Positions 1 to 9,803 of a DNA stretch of 64,000 nucleotides are shown piece after piece (positions within the stretch are counted from its first letter, which is position 1; each line of letters begins with the position of its first letter). The position numbers and the translations under genes are program-made. Under the pieces are notes generated by a model, which saw only the letters and a program-made list of their open reading frames with translations, searched no databases and was not told the origin of the DNA. The stretch covers positions 12,815 through 76,814 of the forward strand of contig CAZEVT010000003.1 in NCBI GenBank assembly GCA_964515005.1. Reading direction: 5' to 3'. The stretch is from an uncultured Gammaproteobacteria bacterium. GTDB taxonomy: Bacteria > Patescibacteriota > Microgenomatia > UBA10105 > UBA927.

Positions 1-2
1 TG

Positions 3-1391
3 TTTTCCACAAGGCTGCCATCGGCAGTCATGGGAATCCTGGCGGTATTGGGGACATATGTACTGGTTCGCGAGCTTTTTGGGAGGAAAAAAGGAGAGGC
101 AGTACCGCTTTTGTCTTCATTTTTGCTTGCAATTTCTCCCTGGCACATTCAGTTTTCCCGAATTGCATTTGAGGCAAATACAGGGATCACGATAAATATT
201 TGGGCTGTGGCGGCATTTCTTGCAGGACTCCGGAGGCGGATATTTCTTCCTGTTTCCGCGGTACTTTTTGGGGTGGGGCTTTATGCATACCACAGTGAAC
301 GTGTCTTTTTGCCACTCATGGTTATTTTTTTGCTGGTTCTCTGTCGCAAGCAGTTGTTCACCTCTGAAAACAAAAAATATGTTGCGGCTGCGATTGTTGT
401 TGGCTTACTCGTGACTATTCCTCTTATTCCCGTATTTTTTAACAAGTCTGCGCTCCTTCGGGCACGAGGGACAAGTTCGTTTACTGATCAGAATAATCTG
501 CTTGCGCGCACCATTGCCAAAATTGAACAGGATCGGAGTGTTGGAGACAGAATGGGAGAGTTGTTGGATAACAGGCGTTTGGTTTGGGTCAAGACGGTGG
601 CCTCCGGATATCTATCTCACTTTTCATTGCAATGGTTGTTTTTAACCGGGGATAATCCGAGACACCACGCGCCTGACATGGGACTCATGTATCTTTGGGA
701 GCTTCCTTTTTTGCTCTACGGCATATACTGGGTCGCCAAGAATGTAAAGGGTCCAACACGCAGTGTTCTTTTTGGATGGTTTTTACTGGCTCCTATTGCG
801 GCCGCCCCCACAACCGGACTTCCCCATGCTATCCGAACGCTTGTTTTTCTGCCCACATTTCAGATATTCACGGCCCTTGGAATTGTTGCCATCGTGACAG
901 CCAGAAAAGGCGTATACAAAAACCTAGCCGCGTATTGCATTATATTCCTCTATGGACTATTTGTGGTGTTTAATTTCGCTTATTATATCGATAAATATTT
1001 TGTACATATGAATCCCGAGTTTTCTGAATATTGGCAATACGGATATGAGGATGCCGTAACGGAGACCGAAAAGATTAAGGGGAAGTATGAAAAAGTCGTC
1101 GTGTCAAATAAACTCGAGCAATCGTATATGTTTTTCCTTTTTTACACGAAATATGATCCCAATAAGTATCTGGCAGGTGGCGGCACGAAATCGGGGAGTT
1201 TTGAGGAGGCACAAAACAAGTTCGACACCTACGAGTTTCGAAAAATAATATGGTCAAATGAGCGGCGTGACGGAACCATTTTGTACGTCGGAGCGCCCGG
1301 CGACATGCCCCACGGAAACGTCAAAAATATTACATTTTTGAACGGGAAGCCGGCAATAGAAATGGCTGATCAGCCAAACGGAGCACCATGA
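3..1391 (+). CDS. GT-C fold membrane glycosyltransferase (PMT/ArnT-like, GT39/83 type), 5'-truncated by the window edge
   Basis: The frame is open from base 3 (FSTRLPSAVMG...). Multi-TM protein with LLAISPWHIQFSR-AFE and HAIR motifs typical of PMT_2-like proteins, plus a C-terminal extracytoplasmic domain. Confidence 0.8.
   Translation, partial: FSTRLPSAVMGILAVLGTYVLVRELFGRKKGEAVPLLSSFLLAISPWHIQFSRIAFEANTGITINIWAVAAFLAGLRRRIFLPVSAVLFGVGLYAYHSERVFLPLMVIFLLVLCRKQLFTSENKKYVAAAIVVGLLVTIPLIPVFFNKSALLRARGTSSFTDQNNLLARTIAKIEQDRSVGDRMGELLDNRRLVWVKTVASGYLSHFSLQWLFLTGDNPRHHAPDMGLMYLWELPFLLYGIYWVAKNVKGPTRSVLFGWFLLAPIAAAPTTGLPHAIRTLVFLPTFQIFTALGIVAIVTARKGVYKNLAAYCIIFLYGLFVVFNFAYYIDKYFVHMNPEFSEYWQYGYEDAVTETEKIKGKYEKVVVSNKLEQSYMFFLFYTKYDPNKYLAGGGTKSGSFEEAQNKFDTYEFRKIIWSNERRDGTILYVGAPGDMPHGNVKNITFLNGKPAIEMADQPNGAP
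1363..1376. repeat. 14-bp perfect palindrome TGGCTGATCAGCCA sharing the core of the 30-bp coding palindromic element
   Basis: Self-complementary. Encodes ADQP at the end of the gene and shares GGC(T/C)GATCAGCC with the element at 53319. Confidence 0.4.
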
Positions 1392-2908
1392 AAAAAATAT
1401 GGATTATTATTGCAATAGTTTTTTTATGGGGAGTGGGTCTTCGTGCTGTGGAGGTATTGAATGGCAACTATTTATTTGGATTTGATATCGGGCGTGACTT
1501 ACTCGTGGCGCGCGATATTGTTGAACATCATAAGTTAACCCTGATTGGTGCGGAAATTGGGTCGGGGAGCGCCGGAATTAACGGTATATTTCAGGGGCCG
1601 GGATATTACTATTTGCTTGCCGTTGTGTATTGGCTTTTCCGCGGTGATCCGTACGGAGTACTCCTTACGATGTTTGCGTTTGGTGTTGCCACGCTCATCG
1701 CCACGTACGTCACGGTGTCCCGCATGTTTGACCGGGTGGTGGCAACACTTGCACTCTTTCTTGTCGGCATATCGCCGCTTATTGTCTCACAGTCGCGGTT
1801 TATTTGGTCGCCGCACCCCGCCTCACTCCTGATTGTTTTTCTTTTGTTTCTTGCATACATGATTCCTACGCGGCCACGCTTATACGCTCCCGCTGCGGTA
1901 TTTCTTGCCGGACTGACGTATCACTTTGAGTTTGCCATGACGGTGCCTATTGTCATGGCTTTGTTTTTGTCGCTTCCCCTCATATTCCGTGTTAAAGATG
2001 TCAGGACATACCTGTACTCTGCCGCGAGCGTGGTGTTGGCGTTTAGTCCTCTGATCGGATTTGAAATGCGTCACGGATGGATGGCTGTGAAGTCAGCGCT
2101 CTCCTACAGCGCGCCTCAAGGGCCTGTGGGTAGTGACGTCTGGTTCCTCCGCATAACCGATCATATGGGTCCGTATATTGCCAACGCGGCAAACTCCTTT
2201 ATACAGGAACATGGACTATTACATGAAAAGTTTTTTGTTGCTCTATCGGGCGCGTTACTCGTTGCGCTTGTTATATTCGCATGGAAAACCAAGAACAAGA
2301 TGCATCGTATGTTTTTCCAATTCTCCTTGCTTCTTTTGGCTACCTCGTATGTCGTACTTCTTTTCCTTAACAATTTCATTTGGGACTACTATCTTATTCA
2401 CGCGCATTTTATCTATATCTATGTTTTTGCCTACTGGCTCGCGTTGACCTTCCGCACAATGAAAAAATCCGTTTTTTCAAAAGCTGCATTCGTGGTACTT
2501 TCGATCTTTCTTTTATCCATGGTCGTATCATCCATTTGGCGCATGAGAGTAAGCTACACCTACGATATTCGCGATTTGGGGGGCGTTGAAAAAATACAGG
2601 GGAAAAAGACGGCAATTGATTACGTCTACACGGACGCCAAGGGGCAACCATTTTCCGAATTTACCTTTATGGCTCCTATCTATACATACCCCTACGAGTA
2701 TCTATTTGAGACGTATGGGAGAAAGAAATACGGATATGCACCGGGGACCGAAAAGAAAGGACTTGTATATCTCATCATCGAGCCTGATGCCTCCAAACCC
2801 TGGACGTATAAAGGGTGGCTTGAAACCGTGATTGTTGATGGAGAAATACTTGATACGGTGACGCTGCCGACCGGGCACATTATACAAAAGCGTATGTTTC
2901 CGCTATGA
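1388..2908 (+). CDS. GT-C fold membrane glycosyltransferase (PMT_2-like)
   Basis: First loop FGFDIGRD...LIG...GIFQGPGYYYL, then SRFIWSPHP; ~11 TM segments; ATGA overlap with the upstream gene. Confidence 0.8.
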   Translation: MKKIWIIIAIVFLWGVGLRAVEVLNGNYLFGFDIGRDLLVARDIVEHHKLTLIGAEIGSGSAGINGIFQGPGYYYLLAVVYWLFRGDPYGVLLTMFAFGVATLIATYVTVSRMFDRVVATLALFLVGISPLIVSQSRFIWSPHPASLLIVFLLFLAYMIPTRPRLYAPAAVFLAGLTYHFEFAMTVPIVMALFLSLPLIFRVKDVRTYLYSAASVVLAFSPLIGFEMRHGWMAVKSALSYSAPQGPVGSDVWFLRITDHMGPYIANAANSFIQEHGLLHEKFFVALSGALLVALVIFAWKTKNKMHRMFFQFSLLLLATSYVVLLFLNNFIWDYYLIHAHFIYIYVFAYWLALTFRTMKKSVFSKAAFVVLSIFLLSMVVSSIWRMRVSYTYDIRDLGGVEKIQGKKTAIDYVYTDAKGQPFSEFTFMAPIYTYPYEYLFETYGRKKYGYAPGTEKKGLVYLIIEPDASKPWTYKGWLETVIVDGEILDTVTLPTGHIIQKRMFPL

Positions 2909-4497
2909 AAAAGTTACTCCATAATCCATTGTTTTGGGTAATCGCGGCCTCGCTGCTGCCGATTTTGAGTCTCCTTAACTCGGGCATGCCGGTTGTGCAT
3001 GACGGGCAAGATCATGTCGCGCGGATTGCCAATTTTTATGCAGCCCTCAAAGACGGGATTCTCGTGCCGAGGTGGGCCGCAAACCTCAATTGGGGATACG
3101 GACATCCGGTTCTTATGTTTTTGTACCCGCTGCCCTCGTACCTAGCCAGCCTGTTTCATTTCATAGGATTTTCTCTGGTTGATAGTACAAAGCTAGTGTT
3201 TGGGCTGTCTTTTGTGGCAAGCGCCCTGACTATGTATCTATGGATGCGTGCGGCTTTCGACAAGAACGCGGCGGTTATTGCTGCAGTTTTGTATACATTA
3301 GCTCCCTACCGGTTTGTCGATCTATATGTTCGCGGGGCAATAGGAGAACACCTTGCGTTCGTTTTCCCTCCACTTATATTGTATTTTTTACAGAAGCGTT
3401 CGTTTATTGGCATGTCGGTATCTCTTGCCGCGCTCATTCTTTCCCATAATGCTGTTGCACTTATGTTTCTGCCCATTATCGGGCTCTACGCACTTTATAT
3501 TCTGATTTTTGAAGAGAAGAAAAAGTGGTTGTTTACTGTTCATTGTTTTTTGTCCTTTATTCTGGGTTTTTCCCTGTCTGCCTTTTTTTGGGTCCCTGCA
3601 CTTTTAGAAGGGAGGTTTACTCTCCGCGATATCGTGACTGCGGGTGAGGCACTCAGGCGGTTTGTCCCCTGGTCACAGTTTTTTTACTCTCCGTGGAACT
3701 ACGGGGGAACAGATACGCTGACGAAGTCACTGGGGATCCCGCAGTGGGTGGGGATCATTGGAGCGCTCTTCCTACTTACCAAAACGAAAGAGAAGAAACG
3801 GAAAGTGCTTATTGCGGGTTCGTTCGTGGCTCTGACCGTTTCAATCTTTATGATGACGGAATGGTCACGCCCGATTTGGGCATCAATCAGAATACTGCAA
3901 AATTTCCAGTTTCCTTGGCGGTTTCTTTCGGTGTCTGTGTTTATGGCAGCCTTTCTCGGAGGGATAGCTTTCGCCCAGACAAAAAAATTATTTCTTATTC
4001 TCTACTGCCTATGTATTATTTTCGTAACTTTTCTTATGTGGCATCCAAAAGGATACCAAATTCATGAAGACTCATTGTATTCCGGTGTGTACTCAAGTAC
4101 GACGGATACGGGAGAAAGCAGCCCTATCTGGTCGGTCAGGTTTATGGAGCATGCGCCGGCAGCTCATTTGGAGGTGATCGATGGAAAAGCAACGGTGAAG
4201 GAAACGAAGCGCACGACGACGATTCACGAATATGAGCTTGTCGTCGACAAACCCACGCTGATGCTTGAAAACACCGTGTATTTTCCTGGGTGGATGATAT
4301 ATCTGAATGGGGTTCCCACAGATATTCAGTTCCAAAACCCGAATTACCGCGGACTTATGACGTTTCGAGTGACCGAAGACACAAAATCAGTGCGCGTGGC
4401 GTTTGAGGACACTAAAGTCCGCAAAACCGCAAACGTGATAAGCTTAACATCACTTGTATTTCTGTTTGGACTATTCGTATGGCAAAAAAGAAGATAA
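2905..4497 (+). CDS. PTPS-related-domain membrane protein (GT-C-like) with YfhO-like C-terminal domain
   Basis: HDGQDHVAR, PRWAANLNWGYGHP, DLYVRGAIGE, LSAFFWVPA, QFPWRFL and C-terminal YFPGW motifs. Confidence 0.75.
   Translation: MKKLLHNPLFWVIAASLLPILSLLNSGMPVVHDGQDHVARIANFYAALKDGILVPRWAANLNWGYGHPVLMFLYPLPSYLASLFHFIGFSLVDSTKLVFGLSFVASALTMYLWMRAAFDKNAAVIAAVLYTLAPYRFVDLYVRGAIGEHLAFVFPPLILYFLQKRSFIGMSVSLAALILSHNAVALMFLPIIGLYALYILIFEEKKKWLFTVHCFLSFILGFSLSAFFWVPALLEGRFTLRDIVTAGEALRRFVPWSQFFYSPWNYGGTDTLTKSLGIPQWVGIIGALFLLTKTKEKKRKVLIAGSFVALTVSIFMMTEWSRPIWASIRILQNFQFPWRFLSVSVFMAAFLGGIAFAQTKKLFLILYCLCIIFVTFLMWHPKGYQIHEDSLYSGVYSSTTDTGESSPIWSVRFMEHAPAAHLEVIDGKATVKETKRTTTIHEYELVVDKPTLMLENTVYFPGWMIYLNGVPTDIQFQNPNYRGLMTFRVTEDTKSVRVAFEDTKVRKTANVISLTSLVFLFGLFVWQKRR
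3530..3557 (+). repeat. Degenerate heptamer tandem repeat (TGTTTAC TGTTCAT TGTTTTT TGTCCTT) inside a CDS
   Basis: Four 7-nt units encoding LFTVHCFL. Confidence 0.35.
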
Positions 4498-5693
4498 CAC
4501 TATCTATTGCTATGGCGGTATACAACGAAGAGGCAAACCTTGAGTCTTGCCTTTCGTCCGTCGCCTCATTTGCCGATGAAATAGTGATAGTTGACGGAGG
4601 TTCGACAGATCGAACGCGCGAAATAGCCAAAAAGTTTACTTCAAAAATTATTCGCACAGATAATCCTCCGATGTTCCACCTCAACAAACAGAAGGCGCTT
4701 GACGCGTGTGGTGGGGATTGGATTTTGCAGCTTGATGCAGATGAAACAATACCGGCCGAGCTTAAGAAAGAAATTCTTGAGGCAGTGCGCGACGGGTCTA
4801 AAAACGGCTACTACATTCCGCGCAAGAATTACTTCTGGGGTCATTGGATGCGGAAAGGCGGTCAATATCCCGATTACGTGATACGTTTGGTTCGCCGCGG
4901 CAGGGCAAGGTTTCCTTCAAAAACCGTCCACGAGCAGATAGAAGTAGACGGTAAAGTCGGGCACTTAACCCATCCGATGGATCACCTGTCGTACCGAACC
5001 AAGGAGGACTACTTCCGAAAGGCGGATACATATACAACACTCACCGCGCTCGAGATGAAAAAGAATGGAACCCCCAAGAATGCGTGGACGTGGTTACTCT
5101 ATAATATAGTGAAGCCTAAAATGACGTTTCTATCCTTGTTCATCCGACACAAAGGATTTATGGATGGTCGGTACGGACTTATATTTGCCTATTACTCCGC
5201 ACTTCATTTTCCGATTGCCTACAAAAAGTTTTTAAAGTTATTACTTATAACGATTTTCTTTTTAATAGTTACATTCCCCGCACATGCTGACTATGTACTT
5301 CCGTATCCGTCATTTATGCCGGGAAATAAATTGTACAAAGTAACCAGAATTATCGATACGCTTAAGAAGTATTGGTATTTCGGTACTATTGCACAAGCAA
5401 AATATCATTTGGCGCTTTCTGATAAATATTTAGTAGAGGCAAAAACGCTTATGGAGTACAAGCAGTATCTTTTGGGAGTAGACGCCTTGGTACGGTCTGA
5501 CAACGAATTTAAGGCATTGCAACAAACACCGATTGTTAAGGAGGCCGCTGCCGCTCATAAAAAAACCTTATCCGAACTTTTGATAACTACCCCAAAAACA
5601 TTTATCTGGAGTCCGGAGCAATCACCCGCAACAGAGCTTAACTTGGGGCGGATGATACAAACCTCTATTGATCTACGAACGCTATGGCAGTAG
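4479..5693 (+). CDS. GT2 glycosyltransferase (WaaE/KdtX-like) fused to a signal-peptide-like TM segment and a DUF5667-like domain
   Basis: aa 1-250: VDGGSTD, LDADE, YPDY..RL, VHE. aa 249-270: KKFLKLLLITIFFLIVTFPAHA. Then YVLPYPSFMPGNKLYK, resembling the DUF5667 N-terminus. Confidence 0.75.
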   Translation: MAKKKITLSIAMAVYNEEANLESCLSSVASFADEIVIVDGGSTDRTREIAKKFTSKIIRTDNPPMFHLNKQKALDACGGDWILQLDADETIPAELKKEILEAVRDGSKNGYYIPRKNYFWGHWMRKGGQYPDYVIRLVRRGRARFPSKTVHEQIEVDGKVGHLTHPMDHLSYRTKEDYFRKADTYTTLTALEMKKNGTPKNAWTWLLYNIVKPKMTFLSLFIRHKGFMDGRYGLIFAYYSALHFPIAYKKFLKLLLITIFFLIVTFPAHADYVLPYPSFMPGNKLYKVTRIIDTLKKYWYFGTIAQAKYHLALSDKYLVEAKTLMEYKQYLLGVDALVRSDNEFKALQQTPIVKEAAAAHKKTLSELLITTPKTFIWSPEQSPATELNLGRMIQTSIDLRTLWQ

Positions 5694-6787
5694 GATTATT
5701 TATCATAACGCTCGCGGCGCTTGGTATATTCTCCTACGGTTTTACGGACCCCAATCTGACACTATCCACGAATCCGTTGTTCCTGCGTTTACACGAGCCT
5801 CTTTTCAACATGGTGTACCACCAACGGCCAACTGCGACGATCCTTTTTCTCTCGCTCCTTTTGATTTTGTTTGTCTGTTATCTATGGTTTCTAAAAAACA
5901 GAGAGAAAATTTTTCCTTCTTGGAACGTAACGCTTAAGATTTTGTTGGTTTCCTCAGTGATGTTTGTTTTTTCATACCCGGCACTTACGTACGATCTTTT
6001 TAACTATATGGCAACGGCAAAAGTTGCGTATCACTATGGAGAAAATCCATACGTGGTAATGCCGGTGGAGATTCCTAATGAACCAAATCTAGCCTTCACG
6101 AGAGCCGCGAATAAATTCGCGCTCTATGGGCCGGTATGGCTTTTGCTTAGCGCGATTCCGCACTTCGTGGGAGCCGGCAATGTCTGGTTGACGATTATCG
6201 CGTTTAAATTTATGAACGCCGTCGTATATCTGGGATTTAGTTATTTCATCTGGCGCATGACGAAAAATCTGACAAACGTAATATTTTTCGCGCTCAATCC
6301 ACTGGTGCTTATCGAAGTCCTTATGAACGGCCATAACGATATCTACATGATGGTACTTGCACTTTTGGGAATTTGGTTTTGGCAAAAGGGAAAGAAAATA
6401 AATGGCATCATAACGTTAGTTGCTTCTTGGTTTATAAAGGGCGCAACGCTACCTCTCATTTTTGTGATGAACAAATCGCTGGTTTGGTCCTACTGGATTC
6501 TAGCAGCCGTATTTTTTATTCTCGCGCCTTTACGCGAAGAGTTGTATCCATGGTATGCGGTTTGGCTTATTATGACAGCTTCATTACTGCCTATGAAGAC
6601 CCATCGGTTTCTCGCGGCTTTTACGCTTGTTCTGTCTTTTGCACTGGAACTGCGGCATCTTCCGTATATGTGGATGGGGTATTATGAAGGACCAGGGCCG
6701 ATGTTAAGGCTCGCACTTACTGTTGTACCGGTAGGTGTGTTTCTCGTGGGCCACGTATGGATAAAAAAACTAAGATTTTTCTCATAG
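5684..6787 (+). CDS. GT-C polyprenol-phosphomannose-dependent mannosyltransferase-like protein (MptA/MptB/GT87 type)
   Basis: TYDLFNY, NPY, YGPVW, FALNPLVLIE and NGHND motifs; multi-TM. Confidence 0.75.
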   Translation: MAVGLFIITLAALGIFSYGFTDPNLTLSTNPLFLRLHEPLFNMVYHQRPTATILFLSLLLILFVCYLWFLKNREKIFPSWNVTLKILLVSSVMFVFSYPALTYDLFNYMATAKVAYHYGENPYVVMPVEIPNEPNLAFTRAANKFALYGPVWLLLSAIPHFVGAGNVWLTIIAFKFMNAVVYLGFSYFIWRMTKNLTNVIFFALNPLVLIEVLMNGHNDIYMMVLALLGIWFWQKGKKINGIITLVASWFIKGATLPLIFVMNKSLVWSYWILAAVFFILAPLREELYPWYAVWLIMTASLLPMKTHRFLAAFTLVLSFALELRHLPYMWMGYYEGPGPMLRLALTVVPVGVFLVGHVWIKKLRFFS

Positions 6788-8232
6788 GACTTGCTATTAT
6801 TGCATTCGTTTTGCGATGGTACCTGATGCCGGATCAATTGTTTTTTGGCCCGGAGCAGGGAAGGGATTTCTTGGCCATCCGCGATATCGCGGTCAACCAT
6901 AAATTGACGCTCATCGGCTCCAAAACAGACATTGACGGAGTTTTTCACGGCCCGATTTTTTACTATCTTGCATCCGTCCCGTTTGCGCTTTCCCAGGGAA
7001 ACCCTCTTGGCGTTTCTGCGTTTTTTATATTCATTCAGAGTATTACTGTATTTTTGGCGTACCTGCTTGCATACGAATTAACCAAAAGTCGCCGTGCGGG
7101 ACTCATTGCCGCCACCCTTTTTGCTGTGAGTTATTTGTTAATCGTGTATGCCCGCTGGCTTTCCAATCCTCCGCTCTCCATTCCGCTCTCTTTATTATTT
7201 ATCCTTTCCTTACTTCGGTTTGTGCGCGGTCGTCCGTGGTATCTGGTCGCGGCCGCATTCGTATATGGAATGATCGGACAGGCAGAGTTTATTAATTATT
7301 TACTCTTTGCGGTTATCGGGGTAATTACCTGCTTCATGTACCGGAAAACGGTGGTGCGAACCAGGCCGCTCATTCTCGCCGCGGCCGCAGCAGTGGGTGT
7401 ACTGACATCACTTATCACCTATGTGGCGTTTGATCTTCGGCACGAATTTCTTGTATCCAATGCAGTTGCGGGCCTGCTTATGGGTAAAACCGGATACCGG
7501 TTGGATTTTTTTGGTTCGATAGCGGGAGCATTCAAAATGTTGTGGGAGCAAGCATCAGCAATTCTCGGGTTTTCCGGCCGCACCGCCGGATTTATGTTGA
7601 TTGTTGGGATTGCGTTTGTCTTAATCCGGGCGACGAAAAAGAATCCGGATCACCGCATCCTCGCCGTATGGATATTCGCGCCGCCCGTCGTATTTTCACT
7701 TCTTCGGCATGCAATGCTCGAGCAGTTGTACGCGGGGGTTATCGCCGGACTCCTTATTGGCCTTTCCCTCCTTATTGAATCCATCATGCGGTGGAATGCA
7801 AGGCTCGGGCGAGTACTACTACTTCTGTCCATTGTCATGAGTTTGAGCGTTGTGTACAGGAATCTTCCTATCAATAGGAACGTTTTTTTTCAGGGACCGC
7901 AACCGGCCGTGAGGTATTCGGATCAACTTGCCGCTATCGATTGGGTATACGAACGTGCACAAGGAAGACCCTTTTCTTTTCAGGCATACACAATTCCGTA
8001 CTTTTGGCAGGATGCATGGACATATCTTCTTGGGTATTACGGCAATAAGAAATACGGGTATCTGCCGGATGACCAAGGACGAAAGCTGATGTACGTAGTC
8101 ATCCAAAGGGATACACTTGACCCCGGATTCCAGAAAAAATGGTATGAGGAAACGGTGTCAAAATGGGGGACACGAACGAGTCAGGAAACTATCGGTGAAT
8201 ATCGCGTAGAAGAACTCGCCGTAGGCCTATGA
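6757..8232 (+). CDS. GT-C fold membrane glycosyltransferase (paralog of 1388-2908)
   Basis: FGPEQGRD...HKLTLIG...GVFHGPIFYYL; same layout and same C-terminal GxPFS...KKYGY motif as 1388-2908. Confidence 0.8.
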   Translation: MDKKTKIFLIGLAIIAFVLRWYLMPDQLFFGPEQGRDFLAIRDIAVNHKLTLIGSKTDIDGVFHGPIFYYLASVPFALSQGNPLGVSAFFIFIQSITVFLAYLLAYELTKSRRAGLIAATLFAVSYLLIVYARWLSNPPLSIPLSLLFILSLLRFVRGRPWYLVAAAFVYGMIGQAEFINYLLFAVIGVITCFMYRKTVVRTRPLILAAAAAVGVLTSLITYVAFDLRHEFLVSNAVAGLLMGKTGYRLDFFGSIAGAFKMLWEQASAILGFSGRTAGFMLIVGIAFVLIRATKKNPDHRILAVWIFAPPVVFSLLRHAMLEQLYAGVIAGLLIGLSLLIESIMRWNARLGRVLLLLSIVMSLSVVYRNLPINRNVFFQGPQPAVRYSDQLAAIDWVYERAQGRPFSFQAYTIPYFWQDAWTYLLGYYGNKKYGYLPDDQGRKLMYVVIQRDTLDPGFQKKWYEETVSKWGTRTSQETIGEYRVEELAVGL

Positions 8233-9803
8233 AAAAACGTATAACCATTATCGCCGCTTGTATGGTTATTGTCGGCGTCAGCTATGCGGTGCTGCCTCTT
8301 TTCGGTCGCTCCTATATTCCGACTCATGACGGGGAATATCACATTATTCGCATTGTGGAGTTTGCAAAGATGCTTGGCGCCGGGTACGTGATACCAAGAT
8401 GGGCCCCAGACATGAATAGTGGCTACGGTATACCGATTTTTAACTACCATTATCCATTGCCTAATTATATCGGATCGTTTGTTCGCATATTTACGAATGA
8501 TGCTGTCTATGCATTTCAAATGAGCATGGGTTTAGGCTATATAGCCCTTGCCGCCGGCGCATTATTATGGCTTTCGGCGATGTTTGGGGCCGTTGCTGCG
8601 CTCGTGGGTACGACGGTCGCGATGTTTGTTCCGTATCTATTTGTGGATCTCTATGTGCGCGGTTCAATCGGTGAGGTTTGGGCGATAGCGTTTCTTTTCC
8701 TGGCACTCAACTTTATAGAAAAAAAGAAGTATATATGGTTCGCGGTGGCTTTAGGGTTTCTTATCTTAAGCCACAATATTTTAGCAATGCTTTTTACTGC
8801 CTTTATCTTTTTTTACCTCTTCATCCAAGACCGCAGAGCCATTCTCTGGATGTTGGGAGGATTGGGATTGTCTGCATTTTTCTGGTTGCCGGCCGTCCTG
8901 GAGCAGAAGTTTGTGGTCGGCCTCAATACCGTTAACTTTCGTGAGCATTTCGTTGCCATCCACGAACTACTCATACCTTCCTGGGGGACCGAGTTTTCCG
9001 GAACAGGAAGCGTGGGAAATAAAATATCTTTTCAGATAGGCTTGGCGCCGATACTGGTGATGGCAGGCGCGCTCTGGGCGTTTCGCCGGGAAAAATCAAA
9101 ACCGCCAAAACGACTCATTATGTTATTTGCGACAGTGATAAGTCTTGGTGTCCTACTTATGCTTCCCATGTTTACGGCTTTCTGGGAATGGGTGAAACCC
9201 TTACAACTCATGCAGTATCCCTGGAGGCTACTGTCGTTTGTCATTCCTGTTGCAGGCTTTGCCGCGGCATACTGGGTAAGTAAGCTAAAAAGACAGTGGT
9301 TGGGGTTGTTTGTTGGGTTGATTGCCGTGTTTTTTGCCGCAGCCTACGCCCGGCCGGTTTTGTATCAACCGAGGAATGAAGCGTATTATCTTTCTCGCGC
9401 AAACTTCACCGATGGAACGTCATCCATGGGCAATAGTTTTTCTACCATTTGGACTGGCTGGAAAAACAGTCGATCGTCGTCTCCCGCAACCGTTAAAAAC
9501 GGAGTTTTAGTGGAGGCGTCGCCTACAAAGTATTTGGATAAGAAATTTTTGGTTTCCATGGATAAAGAAGGGTCGGTTGTCGTCAATACGCTTTATTTTC
9601 CCGGTTGGAAGGCGTTTGTCGATGGCCGAGAAACACCCATTGCCTACACGGGTCATGGTCTTATTGAACTAGCTGTTCCGTCTGGTGAACATACTATCGT
9701 TGTCGCATTCACAGATACCTTGCCCAGAAAAGCAGGTAATATAGTCTCACTCGTTAGTTTGGCGGTACTGTTGTTTTTAGGGTATACTCGCAGAAGAAAA
9801 TGA
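8229..9803 (+). CDS. PTPS-related-domain membrane protein (GT-C-like; paralog of 2905-4497)
   Basis: THDGEYH, PRWAPDMNSGYG, DLYVRGSIGE, LSAFFWLPA, QYPWRLL, YFPGW. Confidence 0.75.
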   Translation: MKKRITIIAACMVIVGVSYAVLPLFGRSYIPTHDGEYHIIRIVEFAKMLGAGYVIPRWAPDMNSGYGIPIFNYHYPLPNYIGSFVRIFTNDAVYAFQMSMGLGYIALAAGALLWLSAMFGAVAALVGTTVAMFVPYLFVDLYVRGSIGEVWAIAFLFLALNFIEKKKYIWFAVALGFLILSHNILAMLFTAFIFFYLFIQDRRAILWMLGGLGLSAFFWLPAVLEQKFVVGLNTVNFREHFVAIHELLIPSWGTEFSGTGSVGNKISFQIGLAPILVMAGALWAFRREKSKPPKRLIMLFATVISLGVLLMLPMFTAFWEWVKPLQLMQYPWRLLSFVIPVAGFAAAYWVSKLKRQWLGLFVGLIAVFFAAAYARPVLYQPRNEAYYLSRANFTDGTSSMGNSFSTIWTGWKNSRSSSPATVKNGVLVEASPTKYLDKKFLVSMDKEGSVVVNTLYFPGWKAFVDGRETPIAYTGHGLIELAVPSGEHTIVVAFTDTLPRKAGNIVSLVSLAVLLFLGYTRRRK

